From: an uncultured Gammaproteobacteria bacterium
GTDB lineage: Bacteria > Patescibacteriota > Microgenomatia > UBA12405
NCBI GenBank assembly: GCA_964448705.1
Contig: CAYUZS010000001.1
Coordinates: 45,601-109,600, forward strand
Reading direction: 5' to 3'
DNA: 64,000 nucleotides
The translations under genes and the position numbers were made by a program. Below are positions 46,574 to 55,954 of the stretch, one piece after another. Position 1 is the stretch's first letter, and each line of letters opens with the position of its first letter. The notes beneath the pieces were generated by a model, which worked only from the letters and a program-made list of their open reading frames with translations, searched no databases and had not been told where the DNA came from.

Positions 46574-47995
46574 CTAATAAGAAAGACCAAATAACCAACG
46601 GTGATGAGATGGCTGGCCACAGTGGACACATTTTCCCACCTCTTCCTTGGCATCAAGAGGCAAACAACGAGTAGTGGCTTTAGTTTCGGTTTTTATTTCT
46701 GCCTCACATTCCGGATTTTCACACCAATGAGCAGAGATGAAACCACGGGTAGTACTCATTATTTTTTTAAATTCTTCATAAGAATCAACTTTAAAAGTGT
46801 GCTCTTGAGTAAATTTTTTATGGCGGTCATAAAGTTGCTGTTGAATATCCACCAACAACTTATCCAGAGTTTCAGACAATTTATCCAATGAGACGGTTTG
46901 TTTCTCGCCGGTATCACGACGATAGACAATCACTGTATTAGCCGAGACGTCGCGATCCCCCAGTTCGATTCTTAGAGGAACACCTTTTAATTCCCATTTA
47001 TTAAACTTATAGCCGGCAGTTTCACTCTCGGCATTATCTAATTTTGTTCTGTATTTACTATTAATCTCTGTGTAAATTTCCAAAGATTTTTTCGCGGCCT
47101 GTTCATGATTGGGAATGGGTACGATCACAATTTGGATAGGAGCAATTTGAGGAGGCAAGACTAAACCGTTTTCATCCCCATGAGCCAGAATTAATCCGCC
47201 AATAGATCTGGTGGAAAAACCCCATGAATTTTGCCAGGGATAAACTTTTTGGCCATCTTTGTCCTGAACGGTCCAGTCAAGAGAATGGGAAAAGTTTTGG
47301 CCGAGATCATGTGAAGTGCAGGCCTGGAGAGATTTACCGTTGGGCATCAAAGATTCAAAAGTGTAGGTATCACCGGCACCAGGGAATTTTTCTGATTGGC
47401 TCTTGCGGCCCTTTATCCCGTACATGGACATCAAATCTTTATAAGTGGATTCGTACATATTGAGAGCCCATAGGACTTCATCCATACTCTCCTGGTGAGT
47501 CAAATGAGCACAGTGACCTTCCTGCCATAAAAATTCAGAGGTCCGCAAAAAAATATAGGTACGCTTTTCCCAACGAACAATGTTGCACCACTGATTCATA
47601 CGGACCGGCAAATCACGCCAAGAACTGGTCCACTTTTTATACATATCGTACATCACCATTTCAGAAGTGGGACGGACAGCTAATTTTTCTGACAATTCTT
47701 TACCTCCGCCGATAGTTACAACAGCTAATTGGGGAGAAAAACCTTCAACATGCTCTTTTTCCTTCTGAAGATAATTCATGGGAATAAAAAGGGGGAAATA
47801 AGCATTAGAGACTCCCCTTTCTTTGATCAAAGGATCCATAAATTTTTGAATGTTTTCCCAAAGAGCATAACCATAAGGACGGATAATCATACACCCCTTT
47901 ACAGGAGCATAATCTGCAAGTTCTGCCTTCAAAACAATGTCATTGTACCAATCCGAAAGATCGGATTTAATATCTTTAAGCTGCGACTTAGTCAT
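46574..47995 (-). CDS. proS: Proline--tRNA ligase, archaeal/eukaryotic-type (no INS editing domain; C-terminal zinc-binding domain)
   Basis: The protein is 473 aa with class II motifs and a C-terminal CLPLD...CVHCGQ Cys motif typical of archaeal-type ProRS. Confidence 0.9.
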   Translation of the reverse strand: MTKSQLKDIKSDLSDWYNDIVLKAELADYAPVKGCMIIRPYGYALWENIQKFMDPLIKERGVSNAYFPLFIPMNYLQKEKEHVEGFSPQLAVVTIGGGKELSEKLAVRPTSEMVMYDMYKKWTSSWRDLPVRMNQWCNIVRWEKRTYIFLRTSEFLWQEGHCAHLTHQESMDEVLWALNMYESTYKDLMSMYGIKGRKSQSEKFPGAGDTYTFESLMPNGKSLQACTSHDLGQNFSHSLDWTVQDKDGQKVYPWQNSWGFSTRSIGGLILAHGDENGLVLPPQIAPIQIVIVPIPNHEQAAKKSLEIYTEINSKYRTKLDNAESETAGYKFNKWELKGVPLRIELGDRDVSANTVIVYRRDTGEKQTVSLDKLSETLDKLLVDIQQQLYDRHKKFTQEHTFKVDSYEEFKKIMSTTRGFISAHWCENPECEAEIKTETKATTRCLPLDAKEEVGKCVHCGQPSHHRWLFGLSY

Positions 47996-48051
47996 GCCAT
48001 ATTTTAACGGAAAAATTTAATTTTATATAAACTTGTTGATAAAATCATCAA

Positions 48052-48285
48052 ATGAAAAATGAATTGTGCCACCACTGCCAAAGAGAAGGACAAAAGATTT
48101 GTCCTTTTGAAAGAAGAATGGGAGATCTCCAAAGAAGAGTGAACCATGTTGACAAAAATGATTTAGAGGCTTTAGCCAAACTGGTAAATAATGAAAAAGA
48201 AATTCATGCTGAAGCGAGAAAGTGGGAATGCACCAAACACAACGAGTTTACTTTAAATATTCCAAAAATAAGCCCGTCCTGTTAA
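48052..48285 (+). CDS. Hypothetical small Cys/His-containing protein, 77 aa
   Basis: It starts MKNELCHHCQREGQKICPF... TGaTAAAAT lies 6 nt upstream of the ATG and there is no SD. Confidence 0.35.
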   Translation: MKNELCHHCQREGQKICPFERRMGDLQRRVNHVDKNDLEALAKLVNNEKEIHAEARKWECTKHNEFTLNIPKISPSC

Positions 48286-48339
48286 AAATAAATTTTTAAC
48301 AAAGGCGGGCAAGAGACAAAACTATAAAAAATAGTTTGG
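48273..48339. terminator. Two adjacent inverted repeats between the convergent genes 48052-48285 (+) and rnj (-): candidate bidirectional terminator region
   Basis: Hairpin 1 is cccgtcctgttaaaaat/atttttaacaaaggcggg (GC-clamped, AT-rich interior, overlaps the plus-strand stop) and on the minus strand it is followed by CTTATTTTT. Hairpin 2 is CAAAACTAT-aaaaa-ATAGTTTGG. Confidence 0.4.
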
Positions 48340-48359
48340 TCTAGAAAAATTTTAGCAAA

Positions 48360-50138
48360 TTAATCCTCGATAATTAATGGCAGAACCATGGGCTGACGGC
48401 CGGTTTTATCCAGAATTATCTGTTCAATATGAGCCTGGATTTGAGTACGTAAATACTCAAAATTAGCCGGTGTGCTGGTAGTTTCGTTGAATTTTCTAAT
48501 TACTTCCTGCTTTAGAAATTCTAAAAGATCACTATTTTCTTTGACAAAAACAAACCCACGACTAAGAATTACCGGATCTTTAGTCATTTCTCCACTGTTC
48601 TTATTGACGAGAACGACCACTGAAAACATTCCGTCTTCAGCTAATAGTTTTCGGTCACGAAGAACGGTAGCGCCAACATCGCCAATACCCAAACCGTCGA
48701 TCAACACCTTACGGAGAGGAATATGGGTTTTAGTATCGAAAGTGCCATTACCATAAAAAGTGACGGCGGAATCGATATCGGGGTTAACAAAACTGTTTTC
48801 GGTATAACCAATTTTTTTAGCGATAGATTGATAACTTTTTATATGACGGTAATTTCCGCCAATAGGAAGCAAGAATTTCGGCTTAACCAGGTCGATAAGC
48901 AAAGCGTGTTCTTTTTGATAACCATGGCCGGAAACATGCAGCTCCTCTTTTTCACCATAAACAACACTGGCTCCCATTTTAGAAAGAGTGTCGATTAAGC
49001 TATAAATATTGCTGGTAGTTCCGGGAATATAATCCGGTGAAGAAAATATGACCTTATCTCCGGATTTAATTTTTATACGATGTTTTCCCATAACCATTTT
49101 GGAAAGAGCAGAATCCGGCTGAGCAGCGAACCCGGCAACCAAGAAAATCAATTTATTGTCGGCAAAGTTTTTAATCCTTTCGGGGGCGACGATATCCGTA
49201 TCGGTGAGATTAATGTAACCTAACTCTTTGGCAATCTTAATGGCTTTATCAACGGAGTATCCGACGATAACCACCTTTCGACCGGAGCGTTTACCGTACT
49301 CGATAGCCTGACTCCAGCGGATAATATTACTACTGATAGAGGTAACAAAAACCCGTCCGGCTGCGTTTTTAATTTCGTATTCGAAATTTTCAGCAATGGA
49401 GCTTTCAGAAGGAGAAAATCCTTCGTGATCGGCACCAAGACAGTCTGACATCAGAGCAATAACTTTCTTTTCACCAACACGGGCAATATGACTGAAATCC
49501 GGAGATTTACCGTCCAGAGGGAACATATCGAATTTAAAGTCTGAGCCGTGATAGAAAATGCCAATCGGGGTGGTGATGGCAAAATGATTAGTATCCGGAA
49601 TTGAGTGTGTAACCCGAATTGAATCAACAGTAAACGGACCTTTGACGATAACATCGCCGGATTCGTAAACGTTAATTTTGGCCCGAACATTATCTTCTAC
49701 CAAACGGGATTCGATGAAAGCAGCGGCCAATTTTGGAGCATAGATAGGAATATCCGTACCTAAGATAGGCAGGATAAAACGAATAGCACCAATGTGATCT
49801 TCGTGGCCGTGAGTAATAAAGATACCTAAGATACGGTCTTTTTTATCCTGTAAATAATGAGTGTCGGGGATTTGAAGATCGACACCAAAGGCATCTTCCT
49901 CTGGGAAACCAACACCGCAGTCAACAATAATAATCTGGCTTTTAGTTTCGTCACCATTAGGAATATATTCGTAAACGAACATATTTTGAGTAACATCACC
50001 AAAACCGCCCAGAGAAATTACTCTGACAGCATCATGGGGACTGTTAAACTGTCTAACCTGATTTGTAATTCCGGAAAAAGCGGCTTGTGGCCTAGCAACC
50101 GGAGTGCTTTTGTTTGAAAAATTTTTGTTATTTATCAT
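48360..50138 (-). CDS. rnj: Ribonuclease J (metallo-beta-lactamase / beta-CASP)
   Basis: It has the HGHEDHIGA motif, beta-CASP motifs and an RNase J C-terminal domain. The protein is 592 aa. Confidence 0.9.
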   Translation of the reverse strand: MINNKNFSNKSTPVARPQAAFSGITNQVRQFNSPHDAVRVISLGGFGDVTQNMFVYEYIPNGDETKSQIIIVDCGVGFPEEDAFGVDLQIPDTHYLQDKKDRILGIFITHGHEDHIGAIRFILPILGTDIPIYAPKLAAAFIESRLVEDNVRAKINVYESGDVIVKGPFTVDSIRVTHSIPDTNHFAITTPIGIFYHGSDFKFDMFPLDGKSPDFSHIARVGEKKVIALMSDCLGADHEGFSPSESSIAENFEYEIKNAAGRVFVTSISSNIIRWSQAIEYGKRSGRKVVIVGYSVDKAIKIAKELGYINLTDTDIVAPERIKNFADNKLIFLVAGFAAQPDSALSKMVMGKHRIKIKSGDKVIFSSPDYIPGTTSNIYSLIDTLSKMGASVVYGEKEELHVSGHGYQKEHALLIDLVKPKFLLPIGGNYRHIKSYQSIAKKIGYTENSFVNPDIDSAVTFYGNGTFDTKTHIPLRKVLIDGLGIGDVGATVLRDRKLLAEDGMFSVVVLVNKNSGEMTKDPVILSRGFVFVKENSDLLEFLKQEVIRKFNETTSTPANFEYLRTQIQAHIEQIILDKTGRQPMVLPLIIED

Positions 50139-50143
50139 AATTT

Positions 50144-50785
50144 TTAAAATAATTTTAAGTTTTTTGCTTCCGAATTTGAATTTTGTTTTACTAACGGCTC
50201 GGAGGCAGGAATACCGTTTTGTAAATAGTCACCGATTCTTAGAAAATCCATTTCAAGAGCGGTTAACATGGCGCCATTTCGCAAACCAGCTGACGGGTGG
50301 TAAACCGGAATAATTGTTAAATCTAAATTACGCCAATTAAGCTGTCTGATTTGCCCGTGAACACGGGAAATAGATTCTTCCGGAAAAAAATAGTTCATAG
50401 CGAACCGACCTAAGGTAATAACTACCTTGGGTTGAATAATTTCCAATTGAGCTTTTAAGTAAGGAGTGCATACTATTATTTCTTCAGGGAGAGGATCGCG
50501 GTTTTCGGGTGGACGGTGTTTTAAAATGTTGGCGATATAAACGTCTTGCCGATCGACTTGAATCGTATTCAGAAGCTTGTTTAACAGTTTACCAGAGTTA
50601 CCGACAAAGGGCAAGCCCTGTTCATCTTCCTGAGCTCCCGGAGCTTCGCCGATAAAAACAATCTGAGCGTCGGGATTGCCGTCGCCGGGAACGGGATTAT
50701 GTGCAGTTTTATAGAGCGGACATTTTTGACATCCGGCAACCAAACCAGAGATGTATTTTAACTTTTGTTCCTTAGTTGCGGACAT
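50144..50785 (-). CDS. udg: Uracil-DNA glycosylase family 4 (Fe-S cluster type)
   Basis: It has GEAPGAQEDEQGLPFVGNSGKLL and the N-terminal CQKCPL Fe-S ligands. Confidence 0.88.
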   Translation of the reverse strand: MSATKEQKLKYISGLVAGCQKCPLYKTAHNPVPGDGNPDAQIVFIGEAPGAQEDEQGLPFVGNSGKLLNKLLNTIQVDRQDVYIANILKHRPPENRDPLPEEIIVCTPYLKAQLEIIQPKVVITLGRFAMNYFFPEESISRVHGQIRQLNWRNLDLTIIPVYHPSAGLRNGAMLTALEMDFLRIGDYLQNGIPASEPLVKQNSNSEAKNLKLF

Positions 50786-51270
50786 TATTGAGTAAATTTA
50801 AATGAGGAGAGAATTTGATCAGAAATTTTGGTATCTAAAAGTTCATCCACATTAAAACTGAATTTAAAATGATTTTTATCAGTATAGTATTTATAAATTT
50901 TTTCTGAACTTTGAATCTGATAAAAACGGTTGGAACCAAAATTCTCTTCTTTAAGAAGAGTGCAAGTTTCTTTTGGACAGGAAAATTTGTTTAGATAATC
51001 GACCGTAAAGACATCTGTACCATTTTTATCTGAAAGATAAATAGAAAAAGAAGAATCACTCTGGGTTTGCGACCAAAGAGTAAGATTGGAGGGATATTGA
51101 AATTCAAAACCGTATTCTTCATTGCGGTAGGTCTGCCAGGCGGAGGTGTTGTGCGAACCAGAGGGAGGGTTAATAATATTTTTTGTACTTAAGGGAGAAA
51201 AAATAATAATGAAACAGGAGAAAAAGATAACTGCCAGTGATAAGGGCCAAAGAAAAATTTTATTTTTCAT
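50785..51270 (-). CDS. Type-II membrane / secreted protein, paralog family member 3 (conserved C-terminal domain ending QILSSFKFTQ)
   Basis: It has an N-terminal TM helix. WQTYRNEEYGFEFQYPS and the C-terminal DQILSSFKFTQ align with the 32702 and 33290 proteins. Confidence 0.6.
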   Translation of the reverse strand: MKNKIFLWPLSLAVIFFSCFIIIFSPLSTKNIINPPSGSHNTSAWQTYRNEEYGFEFQYPSNLTLWSQTQSDSSFSIYLSDKNGTDVFTVDYLNKFSCPKETCTLLKEENFGSNRFYQIQSSEKIYKYYTDKNHFKFSFNVDELLDTKISDQILSSFKFTQ

Positions 51271-51273
51271 AGT

Positions 51274-51558
51274 TTAGAGGGCGGCACCCTGAAAGTCCGG
51301 ACAATTGTTTTTGGCCCAGTCAAGATATCCGGGTTGACACTGAGCTTTGGTGGGACCGGGACCGGGCATACAATCAACCCATTCACTTTTTGGGCAAGTG
51401 TATTTAAAAATATTAACGGTCGGAACCGGGATAGGCCGGGTGACGGCCGGAGGAGATACTTGGTAATACGGATAGAGAGTTAATAACAAAACCACAAAAG
51501 CAGTGGCTAACATAATCAAAGGAAGAATTAGATTTGAAAAAGTTTTTTCGGATTTCAT
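51274..51558 (-). CDS. Small membrane-anchored Cys-containing (4 Cys) secreted protein, 94 aa
   Basis: It has an N-terminal TM helix (ILPLIMLATAFVVLLLTL) and four Cys in the ectodomain. Confidence 0.45.
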   Translation of the reverse strand: MKSEKTFSNLILPLIMLATAFVVLLLTLYPYYQVSPPAVTRPIPVPTVNIFKYTCPKSEWVDCMPGPGPTKAQCQPGYLDWAKNNCPDFQGAAL

Positions 51559-52028
51559 AGGGCAACTAATTTTCCATTACTATTGATACATTCCGAAACC
51601 ATGGATTTGGGAAAATCATAAGGGCTAATGGTTTTACAGGGAATACTTTCGTTACCATCAAAAACAACCAGCCAATTATTGGTGTCTTTGACTGCCAAAA
51701 ATAAACCGCCTTTCATGGCTAATTTAAAAGTGACTGTGCCCTTTAGATAAGGGGTTTCTTTTTGATCGATATCAATTTGAATATCAGAAATGTTTTTGTT
51801 ATATTTTTCGGCAAAAAATTTCTTTAAAGACTCCGGATCGAGATTATCGCTGACCACAGTCGGTGCAACGGTAATAGAAGGATAGATCGATACATTAGGG
51901 TTAATAGTAGGTGTAACCACCGCCGGCTGGTTAGCACTAAGTAGAGGGAGTTTGTTTTGAAAATGAAAGTAATATCCCCAGACGCCAATAAACAAAAAAA
52001 CTATTAACCAAATGGGGAAATTTTTCAT
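51555..52028 (-). CDS. Membrane-anchored hypothetical protein, ~157 aa
   Basis: The start was taken at MKNFPIWLIVFLF (52028), which avoids overlap with the Lon-like gene. It has one TM helix and a beta-rich ectodomain. Confidence 0.45.
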   Translation of the reverse strand: MKNFPIWLIVFLFIGVWGYYFHFQNKLPLLSANQPAVVTPTINPNVSIYPSITVAPTVVSDNLDPESLKKFFAEKYNKNISDIQIDIDQKETPYLKGTVTFKLAMKGGLFLAVKDTNNWLVVFDGNESIPCKTISPYDFPKSMVSECINSNGKLVAL

Positions 52029-52032
52029 AAAA

Positions 52033-53094
52033 TTACCACTGAGGAATAAAATTTTTAACATTGGTATCGTCGATCACCACCTGTTTTTGTCTTTCCGAAA
52101 GAATAATCATGGCTACCTTACGGCACAGACCTTCAATATTTCTTTTTAAGGTACGGACACCGGCATCAAAGCCGAGAGGACGAACAATATTTGTCCACAC
52201 TTCCGGTTTAATTACTAAGTCCTGAGGAGTTAAACCCGATTCTTTTAGGGCTTGCGGCAATAAATAATCACGACCGATAGTTATTTTTTCCTCATCGTTA
52301 TAAGACGGCATTTGAATTACTTCCAAACGATCCATAACAGCAGTCGCGATTCGGGAAGTGTTGTTACAAGTGGCACAGAAAAAAACCTGAGAAAGATCGA
52401 AGGGATAGTCTATATAGTGGTCAGTGAAACGATTGTTTTGTTCCGGATCAAGCAGCTCAACCAAAACACCCATAATAGTGTTCAGTGCATCATCGGCAAC
52501 CCGGTCGATTTCGTCAAGAAGAATAACCGGATTTCTAGTTTTGCACTGAGCCAGACCGCGAATAATAGCACCGGGTTCGGATTCCGGATGCTGACGGGAT
52601 TGGCCGCGAAGATAAAGAGGATCACCTAAACCACCAAAAGGAATACGAATAATTTCCCGTCCAAGAACGGTGGCAATGGATTTGGCCATTGTTGTTTTAC
52701 CGGTGCCGACCAGTCCGACAAAAAGCATCACCGGAGCCCGAAGTTTTTGATCGGGCTGACGATTTTTTTGAAGGGTGAGGACGGAAATATATTCCAAAAT
52801 TCTTTCTTTGACACTATCCAAACCATAGTGTCCCTCGTTTAGTTTTTCGTGGGCAAACTGAAGATCGAGAATGTCCTGTGATTCTTTTTCCCAAGGTAAG
52901 GAAATAATCCAATCTATATATTTAGAAATTGACTGATAATTAGCCCAAAAAGTTTCCTCTGAACGGGCATTAATCTGAAGTTGGGAGAACATGTCTGCCA
53001 ACTTTTCTTTAAGTCCGTCAGGAAGGACAATATTTTTGCTTTTTTCAACCAGTTTATTAATCGCCTCTTCTGTCGAGAGCTGCGGAGTATCCAT
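52033..53094 (-). CDS. Lon-type AAA+ ATPase module, lacking both the N-terminal LAN domain and the C-terminal S16 peptidase domain
   Basis: HYGLDSVKERILEYISV..., Walker A GLVGTGKTT, Walker B ILLDEIDR and LLDPEQNNRFTDHY..PFDLSQVFF are Lon-specific motifs. The ORF ends where the Lon protease domain would begin, and a different gene starts 4 nt later. Confidence 0.75.
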   Translation of the reverse strand: MDTPQLSTEEAINKLVEKSKNIVLPDGLKEKLADMFSQLQINARSEETFWANYQSISKYIDWIISLPWEKESQDILDLQFAHEKLNEGHYGLDSVKERILEYISVLTLQKNRQPDQKLRAPVMLFVGLVGTGKTTMAKSIATVLGREIIRIPFGGLGDPLYLRGQSRQHPESEPGAIIRGLAQCKTRNPVILLDEIDRVADDALNTIMGVLVELLDPEQNNRFTDHYIDYPFDLSQVFFCATCNNTSRIATAVMDRLEVIQMPSYNDEEKITIGRDYLLPQALKESGLTPQDLVIKPEVWTNIVRPLGFDAGVRTLKRNIEGLCRKVAMIILSERQKQVVIDDTNVKNFIPQW

Positions 53095-53108
53095 TAGAAA
53101 AGTATACC

Positions 53109-55301
53109 TTATCTTCGAGGCCTCTGGGGGGCAGAACGGAAATTACTGAAACTACGATTACGATCAAAGTTTGGTCGATCAGGCTGACCTTCCGGCCGTG
53201 GTTGGCCAGGGTGAGCTAATTTGAATTCAGGAGAGCTCAACTTTATTTGATGATTATCGTTGAAACCGGCAATCTTAACTTTAAGTTTGTCGCCTATCTT
53301 GATGATTGAAGAAGGATCGGATAAGAAACCGCCGCTCATTTCGGAAACGTGAAGCAAGGCTTCCCGTCCCGGAAGAAATTCAACAAAAGCGCCATAGGCT
53401 TCAACCCGGGTAACAACGCCATCGTATTCTTCACCAATCTGAACTTCCTTAATCATAGATTCTATTTCAAAAGCGCAGGCATCTATTTTATCGGAATCGA
53501 CGGCAGAGATTGAAGCCCGGCCATCATCATCAATATCAATTTGAACACCGTATTTTTCCATCAAAGCCTTGATGGTTTTACCACCAGAGCCAATAACTTC
53601 ACCAATTTTGTCTTCAGGTAAAGTGACCAGTTTAATTTTCGGAGCATAGGATGACAATTGAGGACGCGGAGCAGATAAAACTGAATCCATAACATCCAAT
53701 ATTTGCATTCGAGCCTTAGTGGAAGCAGCAAAAGTGTCAGTGATCATCTGCAGAGAAAGTCCCATTCTTTTAATATCCAACTGGATGGCAGTGATACCAT
53801 TTCTGGTTCCGGTAATTTTGAAGTCCATATCACCACAGTGATCTTCGATACCGGCAATGTCGGTTAAAAGAACGTATTTTCCATTATTATCAGAAACCAT
53901 TCCTACAGAAATACCGGCCACTTTGTCTTTAATAGGCACACCGGCATCCATCAGAGACATGGTAGAACCGCAAGTGGAAGCCATGGAAGATGAACCGTTT
54001 TGAGACATGACTTCAGAAGTTAAGACGATAGTGTAAGGAAAATCTTCAATAGAAGGAATCACCGGAACTAACGCCTTTTCTGCTAATGCTCCATGACCAA
54101 TTTCCCGACGTCCGGGACGACCGACACGACCGGTTTGACCGGTAGAAAAGGGAGCGGCAGAATAATAATGAATATAACGTTTGGCAACTTCACCATTACT
54201 ATCCTGAAGATATTGCTGTTCGGCCAGAGAACCGAGAGTGGTGATAGTTAAAGCCTGAGTTAAACCTCTTTGAAAAAGGGCGGAACCATGAGTACATGGC
54301 AGAACTCCGGCTTCAATATGGAGAGGACGAATTTCATCAAAGGCCCGCTTGTCATAACGATGACCATTTAAAGTGGCTTCGCGTAGATATTTACGGACTA
54401 AAATGTCGACTCCTTCCATTAATTGACTCTCTTCAACTACTTCCTGATCGATCTTTTCCTGATAAAGTTCTTTTATTTTTTCTTTAAGAAGATCTTCTCC
54501 GGCAATATGAGCGCCATCAACTCCATCGGTAAGGAATTTTTCCAAATCCGTTTTTAGTTGTGCTTCAATTTCGGCCAATAAATCGGCTGAGAGAGATAAA
54601 TTTTCGTATAATATCTTTTTCTTGCCAACTTTGGCGGTGAAGTCGGTAATTTGTTGATTGATTTCCTGTCCGGCCTTATCAGCGGTAGACATAGCGGAAA
54701 GAACGAGATCATTACTAACGATGTTGGCGTTAGCTTCGATCATATTGATACCTTCGGCATCACGGCAAATAAGCAAGTCGAGTTGAGATTTCACCTGATC
54801 TTCAAGATTCGGGAAAAGAACAATCTGATTGTCGATTAAACCGGCACGCACCGCGGAAACAGGTCCATTAAAAGGAATATCAGAAATATTCAGAGCTGTG
54901 GAAGCGGCTAAAAATGCAGGAATAACCACATCGTTAACTTTATCGTTGCTGAGAACAGTAACCATTAATTGAACTTCGTTTTTGAAGCCTTCGGGGAAAA
55001 GCGGACGAACTGAACGGTCGATAATACGGCCAAAAAGAATGGCTGTATCAGAAGGATTACCTTCGCGTTTAATCCATTTACCGCCTTTAATTAAGCCGCC
55101 GGCATAAAGTTTGTCCACAAATTCCACTGAAAGCGGAAAATAATCTTTAGTTTTATCAAGTTTACCGAGAACAACGGTAGCTAAAACAATAGTATTGCCT
55201 GATTGGGCAAGAACAGCAGCATTAGCTTGAGGTGCTAATTGACCAGTAGTTAAGGTGATTTTTTTGTCGCCAGTGACAACATCAAAGGAAATTTTTTCCA
55301 T
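53109..55301 (-). CDS. pnp: Polyribonucleotide nucleotidyltransferase (PNPase) with an Arg/Pro-rich C-terminal tail
   Basis: The protein is 730 aa with two RNase PH domains, a KH domain and an S1 domain. It sits downstream of rpsO. Confidence 0.95.
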   Translation of the reverse strand: MEKISFDVVTGDKKITLTTGQLAPQANAAVLAQSGNTIVLATVVLGKLDKTKDYFPLSVEFVDKLYAGGLIKGGKWIKREGNPSDTAILFGRIIDRSVRPLFPEGFKNEVQLMVTVLSNDKVNDVVIPAFLAASTALNISDIPFNGPVSAVRAGLIDNQIVLFPNLEDQVKSQLDLLICRDAEGINMIEANANIVSNDLVLSAMSTADKAGQEINQQITDFTAKVGKKKILYENLSLSADLLAEIEAQLKTDLEKFLTDGVDGAHIAGEDLLKEKIKELYQEKIDQEVVEESQLMEGVDILVRKYLREATLNGHRYDKRAFDEIRPLHIEAGVLPCTHGSALFQRGLTQALTITTLGSLAEQQYLQDSNGEVAKRYIHYYSAAPFSTGQTGRVGRPGRREIGHGALAEKALVPVIPSIEDFPYTIVLTSEVMSQNGSSSMASTCGSTMSLMDAGVPIKDKVAGISVGMVSDNNGKYVLLTDIAGIEDHCGDMDFKITGTRNGITAIQLDIKRMGLSLQMITDTFAASTKARMQILDVMDSVLSAPRPQLSSYAPKIKLVTLPEDKIGEVIGSGGKTIKALMEKYGVQIDIDDDGRASISAVDSDKIDACAFEIESMIKEVQIGEEYDGVVTRVEAYGAFVEFLPGREALLHVSEMSGGFLSDPSSIIKIGDKLKVKIAGFNDNHQIKLSSPEFKLAHPGQPRPEGQPDRPNFDRNRSFSNFRSAPQRPRR

Positions 55302-55336
55302 GTAAATAAAAATAAAATAATATGACTAATTGTACC

Positions 55337-55606
55337 TTACTTCTTCATACCCAGTTCCTTGATGATCTTGGTGTATCGGTCAAGATTGTGACTTTGAAGG
55401 TAGCGCAAAAGACGACGACGTTTAGCAATTTTGCTTAAAAGACCTCTTTTTGCAGGAGAATCGTGCTTGTTATCGCCTAAATGAGATTGTAGTTTTTCCA
55501 ATTCTTTAGTTAGAATCGCAACTTGGATTTCGGGAGAACCGGTGTCGCCTTTAGCTTGAGAATACTTGGTAATAATTTCGTTTTTTTCTTCTTTGGTTAA
55601 TGCCAT
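55337..55606 (-). CDS. rpsO: 30S ribosomal protein S15
   Basis: The protein is 89 aa with the S15 signature (...HL..N.HD..S.RGLL..I..RR.LL.YL). Confidence 0.95.
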   Translation of the reverse strand: MALTKEEKNEIITKYSQAKGDTGSPEIQVAILTKELEKLQSHLGDNKHDSPAKRGLLSKIAKRRRLLRYLQSHNLDRYTKIIKELGMKK

Positions 55607-55690
55607 AGATTATTCGGCTATTTGTCGGTTAAATATTAATGTATTGGAATGGCTACCAACGCACCGATGTAATAGTCAGGTAGGATTATA

Positions 55691-55930
55691 TCACGGTATC
55701 AATTTAATAGTGTAGTTTTCTTTAACTCTTTTTTCTTCGGGAACCCAACAAAGATTTCTAACCTGAATACCGGTAATTTCTGGTTGACCAGATTTAGTAG
55801 TGACTTCAACAAAACAACCGCCGCATTTATCTTTGAGAAAAGAAGTGCGTTTTTTGTCGGGATGAACATATTGTCTATCAGCTGCATTGCATGGATCAGG
55901 TGCTATCACGTCATAAAATTCTGCTGTCAT
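55691..55930 (-). CDS. Hypothetical small Cys-containing protein, 79 aa
   Basis: It has four Cys including CGGC. It lies between a DHH-like gene and rpsO, where rbfA/truB are often found, but it matches neither by eye. Confidence 0.35.
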   Translation of the reverse strand: MTAEFYDVIAPDPCNAADRQYVHPDKKRTSFLKDKCGGCFVEVTTKSGQPEITGIQVRNLCWVPEEKRVKENYTIKLIP

Positions 55931-55954
55931 AAGTTTATCTATTTTAATTATAAA

